A stretch of 64,000 nt of DNA, from assembly GCA_900088475.1 (NCBI GenBank), contig FLMG01000368.1, forward strand, positions 162,822 through 226,821. Reading direction: 5' to 3'. The notes below the pieces were generated by a model that saw only the letters and a list, made by a program, of their open reading frames with translations, searched no databases and had not been told where the DNA came from. A program made the translations under genes and the position numbers. Positions 34,386 through 46,928 of the stretch are shown here, piece after piece; position 1 is the stretch's first letter, and each line of letters starts with the position of its first letter. Source of the stretch: Hyphochytrium catenoides. Taxonomy: Eukaryota; Protista; Hyphochytriomycota.

Positions 34386-37300
34386 CTATGTCTGAATGTT
34401 ACTGAGGTACTGCACGAGGCACATATTATTGTAGAGCAGATCCTGCATCGACATCCAGGCCTTGTGCTGGGTCTCTTTGAGGACCGAGACCTTCTCAAGA
34501 AGATCTTCTCTCTGGGCGATAATATCTGCATAATTGTGAAGAAATCGGTGCAAGTACGCCTGGATCACTTCAAAGTTCTTCTTCGACGCTATTTNNNNNN
34601 NNNNNNNNNNNNNNNNNNNNNNNNNAATCTAGGCGGCAACGCGGCTGGTCAAAGATGGCAGTAGTCTTGACAACCCGTGAGGTTTGTTGGTCTGCAGCTT
34701 TATCCCTTACAGCTTCATCAGGCTGTTCCCATCCTGCATTGTCATCACCGTCTTCAAAGTCACCCCATGCAGGAAGAGATGTTTGTCCGTTGACTGCGAC
34801 CTCTTCCTTGGTAGCAAAGGATGGGTTGACACCGTCGCGGTGGATAGTTGGAAGGAAGAAAGGAGCCTTCTGCGGAGCCTTCGGAGGCTCCTTAGGCTTA
34901 TTCCTTGCCTTGATGAGCTCAAGATTCAATAGTGTCTGCCACATCGTAGGAGGTAGTCCTGATAGCGTTGCCACATTAGCAGCCAGTGGGCGAACTGGGC
35001 CTTCTTCCGAAGCTGGAACGCTATTTTCTGTTCGGACAACTGTGGGATTCCCGTCCGCTCCTTCTTGAGGATCTGCTTGATCAGGTCCCAGACCAATCTC
35101 GGATGGCTTCACGCCTGGCAAGTCCATAGCGTAAGGTTCCAGGGGCGATGTGTCCAGATACACATCCGTAAAAAGGGATTTATTGGCCCAGAGAAAGATT
35201 CCAACGTTATCTACGTGAGAAGTTGCCAAGAACTCTCCATTCGGAGAGACAGTAACCCCAGTTACCGGCTTTCGGAACTTCAGCCAGTCTACGCAGCGAC
35301 CTGATGGGAGGTCCCACACTCGAATCTGTGGCCAGAGTCACAAGAAGCAGGCGAATTAATGAGTGAACGGAGGAGCGGGAATATAAGAGAGAGATACAGC
35401 GATGAGTGAGAGAGCCAGAGCGAGACACACAGAGAGAGAGAGGGGGGCTGGGGGAAAGAGAGNNNNNNNNNNNNNNNNNNNNNNNNNNNNNNNNNNNNNN
35501 NNNNNNNNNNNNNNNNNNNNAAATCAACCATCGCGCATCAGGTGTGAAGCATATATCGGAAACTCTATGGGTATGACCATGGAAGCGTCGCACCAGCTGC
35601 CGTGTAGCGATGTCGTACACCCGAATCACCAAGTCATCACAAGCGACCGCCAATAGTCCGCTGTCTCTATGAAGTTCCAGATGGGTGACCGCGGATCCTA
35701 CATCTAAGCTTTGTTCAAGCTTATGCGTTCGAAAGTCCCACCACTTCAAAGTGCCGTCAGCGCTACCGGAAATTAAGTATCGGTTTGTCGCGTCAACTGC
35801 TAAACCGAACACGGCGCCTTCATGACCGTCACCAGAATCGTCTTCCTCCTTCGGAGTTACAGGTAGGCCGGGGAGGGATAGGAGCTTGACTTTAACCTTC
35901 CTAGCTACAGCGCTAGGATAAGCGCCTCGACGCTGCCCGGACTGCATATTGTACTTGAATATGGCGCCTCCATAAGTTCCTACAAGGCCAAAGTTGCCGC
36001 ACGCACTGATCGCCACGGACATCGCCCTTTCACGGACCCGAACCCAGCCTTCCTCTCCAGCTCCTGATGAGTCCAGGCCGGGGAGACAATGGGTTTGGGA
36101 ATGTGAAACGCTACTGTCAAAACTTATCGCAAATCCAACTTCTCACAGAGCTAAGCTTACCTGACTTTGCCGCGTCAAATTGCCGTAGCGGATGCTTGCC
36201 AATGGCACGCTGCTCGAAGTGCCACACATAGGCCGTCGGATCATCTTCGTGGCATGTGATTATGTTGGCCCAGTCTCTCTGCCTTGTCTCAGAGGCAGCA
36301 AACCTTACAATAGCGGGCAGGCGTAGTGCCTCAAGCTTTACATCAAGCTTCCTCGCTTTCTTAACAAGTGGGCCTTGAGACATCTCTCTGCTTTGTTGAT
36401 CACGAACGGTGTGAAATACTCGGAAAGCCTTATCCTGGCCTGCTGAAAGGATCTGGCAGGCCGTGCCATCCGCCCCATCGCCCATTGTCGTCAGAGTCGT
36501 AGCCCCATAGTACCGGATCAGATGCGGAGGCGATTTGTGTCCTTCACGGCTCTTTAGCAGGCGAGCTGACCCGTCCAAGTTGTCAAAGATCCACATCTTG
36601 ATGGAGTTGTCCGCACCAGAAGACACAAGGACCGGTTCATTAAGAAGGAACTCAACAGACACGACCCGGCCTTCGTGAGCCTCTCGTATGACACTAGACA
36701 GCTTCTTCTGCTCCAAGTCCCAGACAAGTATCTCGCCTGCATCACTACCTGTCACACAAAGTGGGCCTTTCAGCGGATCTGTCATAAAAGATATTGCGGA
36801 GACAGCTCCCTCGTTGGTGTGAGAGAACGTCATCAGCGTCTCGTCAAACTTCAGATTGTGGATAACACAGCGACCGTCTGCAAGTCCAATGCCAACATTG
36901 TCCACGACTGGGCTGTTGACCACACAGTGCACCGGCGAGCCCCAACCTTTGAACTTATATATGCACTTCTCTTTCCTTAGATTCCACAATAGCATTTCTC
37001 CTTCTTCAGAGGCAAAGAGAATTTTGTTGAGATAGGTATTCGGGTGCATAATCGAGGACGTAGTGAAGCCTGGAGGCAATTTGTTCGTGCTGATCAGTTC
37101 TGGTTCGGTCTTCGGGGTGCCCGAGATGTCCCACGTGATGAAGGTTCCTGAGCTATCGACCGAGACCAGATAATCTCCCAGGAATAGTATGAAATCCACA
37201 TTCTGCTCATGCTTCTTCAATCGGTAGCGAATCTCCGTCCGAGCCCAAACAACAATTTCTCGCCCTGATGCCGTGAATGTAGCATCGGAACCCTTGCATG

Positions 37301-37523
37301 CGAGCGCTCTGATCTTCCTGTCTAGCTGTGGGGATACCAGTGCTACAGTCAGCTTCTCGCATTTGTACACCTGGAAGGACTTTCCCAAGCTAACGGTCAG
37401 GAAATTCTCTTGTCCCAACCGGTTGAGAACGAAAGGTATGTCCGCTGTCACCAGCCCTACGGCTCGAAAGCCCTGAAAGACTTTGCTGGCAGCAGTTCCG
37501 CCTAAAAGGACTTTCATAAGCAT
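34386..37523 (-). CDS. UTP21: U3 snoRNP WD40 protein WDR36/Utp21
   Basis: FQGFRAVG, HPNTYLNKILF, GADNSIKMWIFD..RLLKSREGH, and the Utp21 motif LNLELIKARNKPKEPPKAPQKAPFFLPT. Two N-gaps lie inside the gene. Confidence 0.93.
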
Positions 37524-38244
37524 CGGAGTGTACTAGCCAACAGCATCCGCCAGAGACAAGGCTCACCTGTTTTTGCGACCTGCGCCATCGAATGAGTTGG
37601 ACAACGGCAGATCACGAAAAGCCACCCTTATGGCCGCGTCCTCTCGCGCCTCGTTGCGCAGCGCAGGAAGCTTCAACACTTCCTATGTCAACTCCCTCCT
37701 GCAGCGCTATACTCTGGACTAGAGACACTTATAGCCCTGCAAAGCGATCGAAATCTCTTCTCTTGTCTCCACCATCGCGACACGCTAACATCAGCAGCAG
37801 CAGCTCATCGACGCTCCACACTCCCATCTTTTCCCTTGACCAGCACACTACCCAAGAAGCGGGTGCCATCGTCCTCCGCCTGCCCAACTTCATTGGTGTG
37901 AAACACACACAAGAACACACCGAAAGCCGCTAACGGCAATGTACTTGGTGGCCGCTAACGTCGAACCTATGCGTGGCTTTTTTTTGAGATTCGCTGTACA
38001 GTACGAAGCTCTGCTTCTGCCTCAAGGCGTCGGTGAGTAAGTTGACGTCTCTGTTGAAAGCCGCTCGGCTCTCAGACTCTCATCAGTCTCCGTCGGGTAC
38101 TGAGGTGTGCCCAGTATCCGCTCGTCCAGTACGTCCCTGCACGATCCAGTGACCCCCACCCTAACATCCTTCCTTCAGAAGTCCAGCATTCTTCATCAGA
38201 AAAATCCGTGCCTCCGAGAGGATCAGCTGAAGATTACTGGCAGG

Positions 38245-39214
38245 ATGTCCCAGGCGGATAGAGCGGCGGTGGACCGCCAACTAGAAGGTAGTCCGGCGTG
38301 TTGTTTGCGAGCTCTTTCATTACCGTCGTTATCACTTTATTGCTTTAGACTTATAGTTCTGGAATGTACTAATTATACCCCTTCCCCATGTATTGTCTGG
38401 ACATCACTCCGCCAGCCTTTGCCAAAGAGGAGCTGAAGGAGATGACGGCCGAGCTGAAGGAGGTGAATCCTTGACGTTCTGCTTTCATCTTCGACACGAT
38501 CTTAATAGGCGACCCTCATATCTTGCCTTTCCAGGCCCTGCACGAGATCGCGCAAACTGGCCAGCTTCATTATAAGTGGTCGGATCTGAAGCATCTTTTG
38601 TCGTTCAAAATGATAGAGGTCAGGGCCTTTCCCACTGTCACTGTTTCCCGTCCATATGGTATGCTCTACTAACTCGCAAACCCTCTACTGGCCTTGGATT
38701 TTGTATGGTTAGGCTGTTGATGTGGTGGAGAAGAGCTCTAAGCCGTTCGTGCCCCAGAGCAGCAGTTCGGAGACACTTGACACTAAAAAGCAGCAGCTGC
38801 GGAAAGATCTCTTAGCTTTCGATAGGTATGATCTGCGCCTCTTATGCTCCTCTTCAGTGAGCTTTCTCTTCTAGGCCCTTATCGAACTACCGTCGCTCTG
38901 AAACTCTTCTTACGAGTGTTGCCACCATCCAGTAGATACCTTACCCTCGTGTCGACTGCTGCCTCTAGTGCTCCTTTTACCCTCCAACGACTAGCAGAGA
39001 TTGTGGAAGACCCTACGCGGCACTATAAGAACATCAACAAGCTCTGTAATGGGCTAGAGAAGGTTCGGCATTCCTTTCAAATCTGGATCCCTGCATCCCA
39101 GGTGCGCTGACATGGCGCTTCTCCTTGCTTCTCATGCGCTTGCAGCTTCTATCCGTCAGCTCTACTATACCACAACAGCCACGAGAGGAGAGAAAGGAAG
39201 ACCCCACTCTGTAG
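38245..39214 (+). CDS. PPP4R2: Protein phosphatase 4 regulatory subunit 2
   Basis: Spliced ALHEIAQTGQLHYKWSDLKHLL and APFTLQRLAEIVEDPTRHYKNINKLCNGLEKLLSVSST. Confidence 0.85.
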
Positions 39215-39412
39215 AATGATCTTCCACCAAGAACCTCCCGCTTCGAAAACTTCTTAAGAAAGTGGGAAGGGTTTAAAGAAGTCTGTCAAGTGGAGCCTTG
39301 AAGAGGTCTGTGTGTGGAGTGGAGCCAAAGGGAAGCCTACGATTGAGCAGAAATCCCAGACGGACCTATATGCATACGTTCAGCCGTTACCGCCCAATAC
39401 GGCTGGCCGCGC

Positions 39413-42101
39413 TCATCCAGCGGACAGAGCATGCTGGTTTACGTGCCGACGAAGCGACGGCTCAGTCTTCATCACCTTAAGACAGCCTTGGACTGGGCAA
39501 ACAAACATCGTTCCTTGCCTTTTATGATGCAGAATGTGTTTCTGGCAGCGAATGCAGGAGCAAATATAGGTTGATTAGTCAACTCCTTTGTTAACAGCAC
39601 GATAGAATTCGATAGTGACGCACACAAATCGTTGACTAGTACCTGATGGCTAGGCGAGTCCTTCAGGAGTACGCGATCACATCCACAATGCTCGCATATA
39701 ATGTAGGCCTTGCCTGTTCTGCGACTCATCTCAGTTCTCTTTCGCTGAGCTTGGAGTCGTGCCTTAAACATCGAGTAGTAGGAGTGTTCCGCTTTAAAAA
39801 TAGTGGCGGGCTGAGAACTGGCTGTGAGAGAGACCGTCTTATGGCGACATATTCTATGCCACCTTCGACGATAGAGGACTTTCCACAGACGTTCACTTCT
39901 TGCAACGCTACGCCAATCCTGACAGACTTTAGAGAGGAAACACAACCGCTTGAATGTGCAGAACGACATGATGTGTTCAAGCAATTCGTCTGGGAAGCGC
40001 TGTGACCACCCATGAAAAGGTGGCCTCTGCTTGGGTTCCTTTTTGTCTATCAAAGGCCAGACAATAGGGCTGTCATAAAAGGTCAAGTCCGCTTTCCTTT
40101 TCTTGGGCATACTAGCAACCTTCTCAGAAGAGGCAGAGACGTCTGAGTACCTCAACCATCGTCCTTACCACACAGAACTACGGCCTACCTGTAGCAATCG
40201 CGACTCTCGGTAGTGTAATGCCCTCAGGTGTGGTTCCATCTGCGCCAGAGGAGACTTGAATGAAAAAGGCATGGGCGCCATAGGCTTCCATTCTTCCTAT
40301 AGAATAGCGGTGGTTGAGGGAAACGCGATGAGAAGCGAGAAAGAACTTTGCAGCGAAGTCGAACCGCTTCCACAGAGTCAGACGCATCCAAGATAAATTA
40401 ACAGCACGGGATACTTCGGTATCAATCTCAGACAACTGACCTTAAAGCTCGTCAACTTCACAATCTGGGCCCGGGTAAGCCAATTTTCCTCCGTCGCCAG
40501 AGCGAAGAATGCTTCCTTGAGCGGCGTAGGCATCCGCGCAAGAGGCTGGCCATAGATCTCTCAGTTCCTGGTTCAACTTATGATGGTAGCAAAACAAGGG
40601 AGAAAATACCTGAATAAGAGAAGACAAGATCTCCCTTAAGCTGTCAAGAACCCGTTTGAAGGAATCAGCAGTACTCAAGCGCGACGCAGGGCGTTGAATC
40701 ATTATGTACATGGTTCCCTTAGCCGCGGAGACAATAACTTTCAATCGCTCTGGATGCATCCTTGCCGCCTTGTTGAATTGCCGTACCTCCGGCAAAAGCT
40801 CTGAAAGTAAGATGTTTAACGCCCTTGTGACAAACCTCTCCTCTAGATATTCCGCATGGGCTAAGAGACCCGCCAATGACTCCACGGTCGAGGACATTGG
40901 TGTCCCATCCTGAAGGCGTTCATCTGCGAGCTGTGCTATCCATGAGCTGCATAACATAGCACTGTATTTATGGTCAAAGCTTGCATAGTAAAAGAGTAGG
41001 ATGGATAACGCTTCGCAGTACACTTGGCCCTCAGTGGAGAGAGATAGTCCATCATACAGTCGGAGAAGGGCATTGAATACGCATAAGCAGTCATCAGCAG
41101 TTCCTAACAGGTGAAGCTTCTGGACCCAGGCAATGAGGCTAGAGACAGCGCTAGACGTGATCCTTTCTAGTTTTGCATCAGCGGGGGGAAGAAACCTGTA
41201 TTGCCGCAACATCGCCCGGATGCAATGCAAGTCAGCCCTTTCGTCGTAGACGTCGTCAATTTCTTCGTCCGAGTTAAAATCATTGCTCCCGTCCTCAAAC
41301 CGGGCCAGCTTCTGATGATCAGCGCGTAGCTCAGCATAGATCAGTGCGCCCACTAGTGAAGTCAGTATCGGCGTCGCTGTACCACTAGTCTGTAGCCCAA
41401 TGTCCAGAATTGGACCAATACAGCTGGTCACAATCTCTACGTTGTCAGTTGCAAAAAGATCACCCCAAAACTGCAGCACTGACTCTTGGAAATGTCTTGG
41501 AACATAGAGAGGAACCAACGATGTTACTTCTCCCAGAGCCGCAGCAAACAGCTGAACTCCTTCAAGTTTTTTGGAACCCTTCAGTTGCCTCATCGAGACT
41601 ATCGCCCCCTTAAAGAGCACCCTAGAGAGAGGTACCGATAATGTGGCGTTCATTGATATTAGATCAACCACACAGCGAACCATGCACTGGGTAACGCCCC
41701 GACTCCAGCAGCCGTCAGCACACCAGGTCCATTGGCGGCGAAGCAATAGTGGTACGAGGATCGGGCTTGAAGGCCATGGTTGCCTTAGCCATTCCTCACC
41801 ATAAGCTCTACTAGAGGCTGGTGGAAACAGTATAGTCTTTTCACTTTCAGCTGCGTCATGAAGCAGTTGTTGCAATTCATACAGCGGCGGGTGATGGACG
41901 TTGTCAATTAGTTCAGAGAGTTGACGTTGATATGCTGTACCAGAGGCTTAGACAGGGACCTACCAAGATGCAGAAGCTGGGAGACTTACCAGCCAAAATT
42001 GAGGTGAGGGTAGGCTTGCGGTCCGCATCCTGCGGTATGGTCAAAGACGAGGACAAAGGTTGACTCCAAGCTCCCGAAGTTCTGATCTGAGGGCTGACCA
42101 T
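39413..42101 (-). CDS. Helical (RRN3-like) domain + F-box + two C2H2 zinc fingers; whether it is one gene is uncertain
   Basis: F-box: FPDELLEHIMSFCTFKRLCFLSKVCQDWRSVARSERLW. Fingers: CEHCGC..HQKHILHH and FVCPVQGCLKVMKTEPSLRRHVNQH. Upstream is a 477-aa helical ORF. Confidence 0.65.
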
Positions 42102-42827
42102 GATGGGAAGTCTACCATCTGTAAGTCGCCACGTTCAGAGGTTGACTACTCGCTCCACGAAACGACTTGCCTTACGCTTACAATCTTCATATCGGGATGA
42201 AGCCCAGACGTCACGCGCGCAGTGCATCAAGACGCCCAGACTCTAATTCTGCAGACTTGTCCTCCCGATAACGATCATTGACCAAGCTTCGCACTTCCGC
42301 ACATTCGCATCTCTTCCCATTCGCATTCTCACCCATTGCCCTTTACCAACGAGGCCATCTTGAATGTAACACCTTATCTTTCGAATGGTACGACTCCTTT
42401 CAAGTCTTATCAGGAACATCATCTGGCTACTAGATCTGAAATCGGAGAGCCAGGAATGGCAATCATTCTCGACGGCAGCTGGCGATATTATGGATAGGCT
42501 TACTCCGCCACGAGGTGGCTCTAGGAATACTGAACACATTGCGGCAAAGCACCCAATAACGGAGTTATCTACCTGCTCGAATTCACACGAAGCAACAAAA
42601 GATCATTTTGCTTCTCTCTCTTGACGATCTAACCGGCACCTTGCCGCGTTCTGTGAGCCTGCATTAGTTTCGCCGCAGATCCTTGTGCCGCAGCAGCCAG
42701 ATTGAGATTGCAGCTCAATACATCTCCAGAGCTCAAGCGCTTTGTCTCAGCACGAGAGCTCAATTGCCGTTGCAGATCCTGGAGCTGTCACTTCTTACAT
42801 CAGCCATTTTACAAGCGGCTCTTCACA

Positions 42828-43838
42828 ATGGTAAGGTCAAAAGAGAGGAGTATCTGCCGGAGATGCACCTCTTGGGCTTATTTCTAATCTCTGTACATAT
42901 CGATTGCTCCACGCTAGTCAATCCTTGAATACAATGGCGCTGCTGTCGTAGCTATGGCAGGGAAAAACTGCGTGGCTATTGCAAGGTGAGCACTACGGTT
43001 GATCGGAGAAACTTTTACACGGACCTTGACTAAGGATTGCTGTGGCAGTGACACCCGCCTAGGCATCCAGGCAAAGACCATCTCTATGGATTTCCAGAAG
43101 GTCTTTAAAATGCACGACAAGCTATATGTCGGGTTGGCAGGATTAGCAACTGACGTACAGACTGTTTCGCAAAGGTACCGCTTCTGGGGAAAGGTGGTCG
43201 AAGCGTAATGGCAAAGAGGATTAACACACTGTTCCCTTGTCTCCCTTAGGCTGATGTTCAGACGGAACGTCTATCAACTGAAGGAGGAGAGAGACATGAA
43301 GCCTAAGACTTTTGCGAATATGCTTTCACATATGCTTTATGAAAAGAGGTAGGGAAATTGCTATGGAGACAGTGTAGTTTCACGTTTCTTAGTGTGGTTC
43401 TTTAGGTTTGGCCCCTGGTTTGTTGAACCTGTAGTCGCAGGACTGGACGAGAACAATGAACCATTTATAACCAGCATGGATCTTATTGGGGCTCCGTGCC
43501 TTGCGACGGACTTCGTCTGCGCAGGTACCGCTGATGAGAATCTCTTAGGAATGTGTGAAGCTCTGTGGAAGCCCAATATGGTACGTGCATGGCTGCGCAA
43601 GCTCTTTACGTGAGCTTACAGTTTAGTGTCAGGGTCCGGATGAGCTCTGTGAAGCCATCTCTCAAGCTTTGTTGGCGTCGGTCGACCGTGATGCTCTGAG
43701 CGGCTGGGGAGCAGTGGTCCATGTGATGTGAGTGCGATGTTAGCAGAAGGCTGTCAGAATCATGTATAGCTAACAGCGCTGACTTGTAGAACTGAGACGG
43801 GCGTAACGACTCGGCGATTAAAGGTCAGACAGGACTGA
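42828..43838 (+). CDS. PSMB3: 20S proteasome subunit beta 3
   Basis: M|[53 protein letters not shown] and [10 protein letters not shown]. The first intron directly follows the ATG. Confidence 0.96.
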
Positions 43839-44702
43839 TCGAGAGTGCGCTGCAGATATTGCCACCTTCATCAAGATTGGTACAAAGCTTCATACAATGG
43901 CTTGGGAAGCCCTATTGTCCCCGGCTATATTGCAAAACACGCGATTCTATTATTCTCCCTAGCTATATCACCTCATAACTTCACCCAGAAATGAGAAAGA
44001 GACTCTTTAAAGCCATTAGAAGGCCCGGCAATTAGCACTTCTTATCCCAACAGGAAAGGCCTTGTCGTCTAGGTGGATTGAGGAAGGGTCTTGTCGTCTA
44101 CGTAGATTGAGCGAGGCTGGGCGATTGTCTGAAGTTGCTATCTGGGTTACTATCAGCTTCTGGATGGGAATCGCTGTCGCGTAACCCTCTCCGCACCCCC
44201 GACCCCGATCATTGCGTCCACCTATTTCATAAATCAAACTTGAGCAGCGGCAGCTCATGGAGCTCCGGGAGGTTGCGAGACTCTCTGCATTCAAGGATAC
44301 ACGTGCACAGTTTAGATAGTATCGTCCACGCAGTCCTGCACTGAAGCTACCCCCAACGATAGAGTCAGCTATTCCTTCCTCTCCACTTATTATACATGCT
44401 TTCATCATCACATGTGGACCGCACTGGGAACAGTTCACCTCTAAAGTTGTTTCCATAGCACAGCAGGAGGAAGAACAAAACTTCAAGACAGCAACAGACG
44501 CGCAGATAGAAAGAGAAGAATAGCCTGTGATGTCATAAGAGAAGGGACTGGTTGGCTACGTGCCATCGCACTCTGTTGATAGGAAGGAGTGCGCCGAGAT
44601 AACTACCAAGGAACCAAATGAGGCTCCACTACCAGTACAAACCTCCTGAATTTTTGACCATCATGAGAAGATGGACATACAGGCCATTGCAAAAGGAATA
44701 GA

Positions 44703-44723
44703 AGAGAGAGAGAGAGAGAGAGA
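44703..44723. repeat. (AG)n microsatellite
   Basis: About 10 consecutive AG units. Confidence 0.8.
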
Positions 44724-45466
44724 CTGCACCGACCGACCGAGCTGCCATACCAACAGTTCAAAGAGATAGAGTTACTATGCTTTGTTCAATCACTCTCCAG
44801 GCCGCACGGAACTCGAGGGATGTAAGCCCTTCAGTTCTATAAATAAAAATCCTCCATGATTATACAGTACGCCGTACTCCGTATATACTGTATCGTCATC
44901 CTTTCTACAATGCATACAGTCAACCCCGCGCCACCATCATCACTCAGCATATCACTCTCCTGTCACGATAAAAGGGCCTGCCTGCGCTGTCCTTCATCTC
45001 CTCACACAATAATAATGAATTGAAGAATGGCCATGTCTTCGTCCTGCCCGGCTCCGTCAGAACTTTGACCACTCTCAAAAGGCGAGGAGAATAGATGGAG
45101 AATGAAAAAGACAGGCATCACCATAGTTGAATGATGGATATTACGCTGAAGATAGTGCGATGATACACGGACGTGAGGGCAACGAGGAGAAGCAAGAGAA
45201 GCCGCTTGAACTGAGGATGAATGTGACTAAGGGGAATAGCAAGGAACTGATGGAACGGCAGATCTAAGTGGAAGTCTTTCGCTTCTTTGGCTCGGCAGCC
45301 TCCTTGGCAGCTCTGCTTTTTGCTACTTCAACCACTGTCTCGCATTTCTTGGCTGGCTCACGTTGACGAAAGTAGCCCTTGTTGGACTAATGAACTAACT
45401 GAGAGCCATATAACGGAAAAGGGGGAAGAAGAGTTGGCAACGACGCTACTACAGCTTGTGGATACC

Positions 45467-46716
45467 ATGACTGGCATTAGGAGTCCGCCGCTCTCACCCC
45501 AGACGACAGAGAAAGACGTAGCTCACGCTCCGCTAGGGGCATTGCGAGAGGAGGAGATATTCTCCCTCCCTGGGAATAAGGTTCGTCCCTCCTGAGTTAC
45601 TCCCGAACACTATGGCGATGTCGCTTTACCATTCCTGCCTGGCAGCATTGTGCCGACTGTGGAAAAGGACCAGCGAAATGGGCTGACGTGAGCCACGGAA
45701 TCGTTATTTGCTTACACTGCTCCGGGAAGCATCGCGCACTGGGCGTGGCGGTGTCAGTGGTCCGCTCACTCGACATGGATGACTGGACGGTTCCCCAGTA
45801 CAAGAAGATGCTGGTAAACGTCTAAACATTCACTCTACAATTGCCATCTTGCTGGGTTCAGCACAGCGGTCTGCTAATAGCTGGATCTGTGTAGGCCGGC
45901 GGCAATCACTCGTGGAAAGCATACTGCGATACCCACGGGCTACCGTCCAACTTTCATACCAGCGATAAATATACAAGCCGCTTGGCACAAGTCTATCGAC
46001 AGAGGTCTGGATTCTTCTAGAGAAGATATTTGGAGTCAACTCTGTTCTGACTGCGATTTTGTCTTCAACTGTCGGTGGTTAGAATTAGTGCCCTTGCTAG
46101 GGGTGAGCCCGTGGAAGAACTAGCTGCTCCATTAGCGTTAGCAGGGCAAGTAGCTCCTGATGAAGCGTCAGAAATATCTGCAAAGTGTACTCTCTGTAGT
46201 AACAAGGTCCCTTTAGAGAAACTCAATCTTCATTCAGAAGAGTGTCAAGTCTCTGGCTCGGTACGTGCAGGTAGACCTTGTGCCTAGCATGTCGCTGGAC
46301 CTCAACCTCACCCTGAAAGCAAGTCTTGCTAACTCACCACGATGCAGAAGTTGCCGGCGGCTGATGTTGTGCTGGAAGAGCCAGGTGCGAAGCTAGGCCT
46401 GCTTATAACTAAATCGTCAAAGGGGATGGCTGTCATCTCCAAAAGTAAGACTTCCTGTACATGTCCTGCCCTGCTAGTGGACTGATCTATGATCGCAGTT
46501 ATTGCAGGCAGCGCCGCTGACAGAAAAGGCATTCCGTCTGGGTCTATCGTAGTTGGCGTCAACGACACCATCATGAGCACTTATGAAGAGATTATCAGCG
46601 CGTTGCAATCGCCCTCTCGACCCATGAAGTTGCATCTCCAGGTGGTAATGAGCTCCTTGTGTGTGTCTCTCTCCCTCCAGCTGGTTCCTCACCTAACCGT
46701 GGTCCTACAGATGTAA
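45467..46716 (+). CDS. ArfGAP + small zinc finger + PDZ protein
   Basis: CADCGKGPAKWADVSHGIVICLHCSGKHRALGVAVSVVRSLDMDDW; KCTLCSNKVPLEKLNLHSEEC; KLGLLI..GSAADRKGIPSGSIVVGVND..RPMKLHLQ. Confidence 0.85.
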
Positions 46717-46928
46717 GCTTTCAACAGCTCAGCGGCGAAGGCAACAAGCGGCTCTTATATCCGCGGAATGGAGGAGCTTGCTATGAGCAGGTAGCACCCT
46801 GTGCCCTGTCAAGCACCTGATTAAGAGGACGGCCTTTATAAGCATCCTAAACTGTAGATATGTTACACTAGTACTATGTGTGCAAAGCCTGGGTGAGTGA
46901 TACGGCAGTACGCTTCCACGAAGAAATC

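Noticed and set aside
34594-35520. Frameshift or pseudogenisation of UTP21
   Set aside because: The breaks coincide with N-gaps and an intron, and the conserved motifs on both sides are intact.
44016-44486. 156-aa minus-strand ORF
   Set aside because: Non-ATG start and no motifs; I cannot support it as a gene or transposon.
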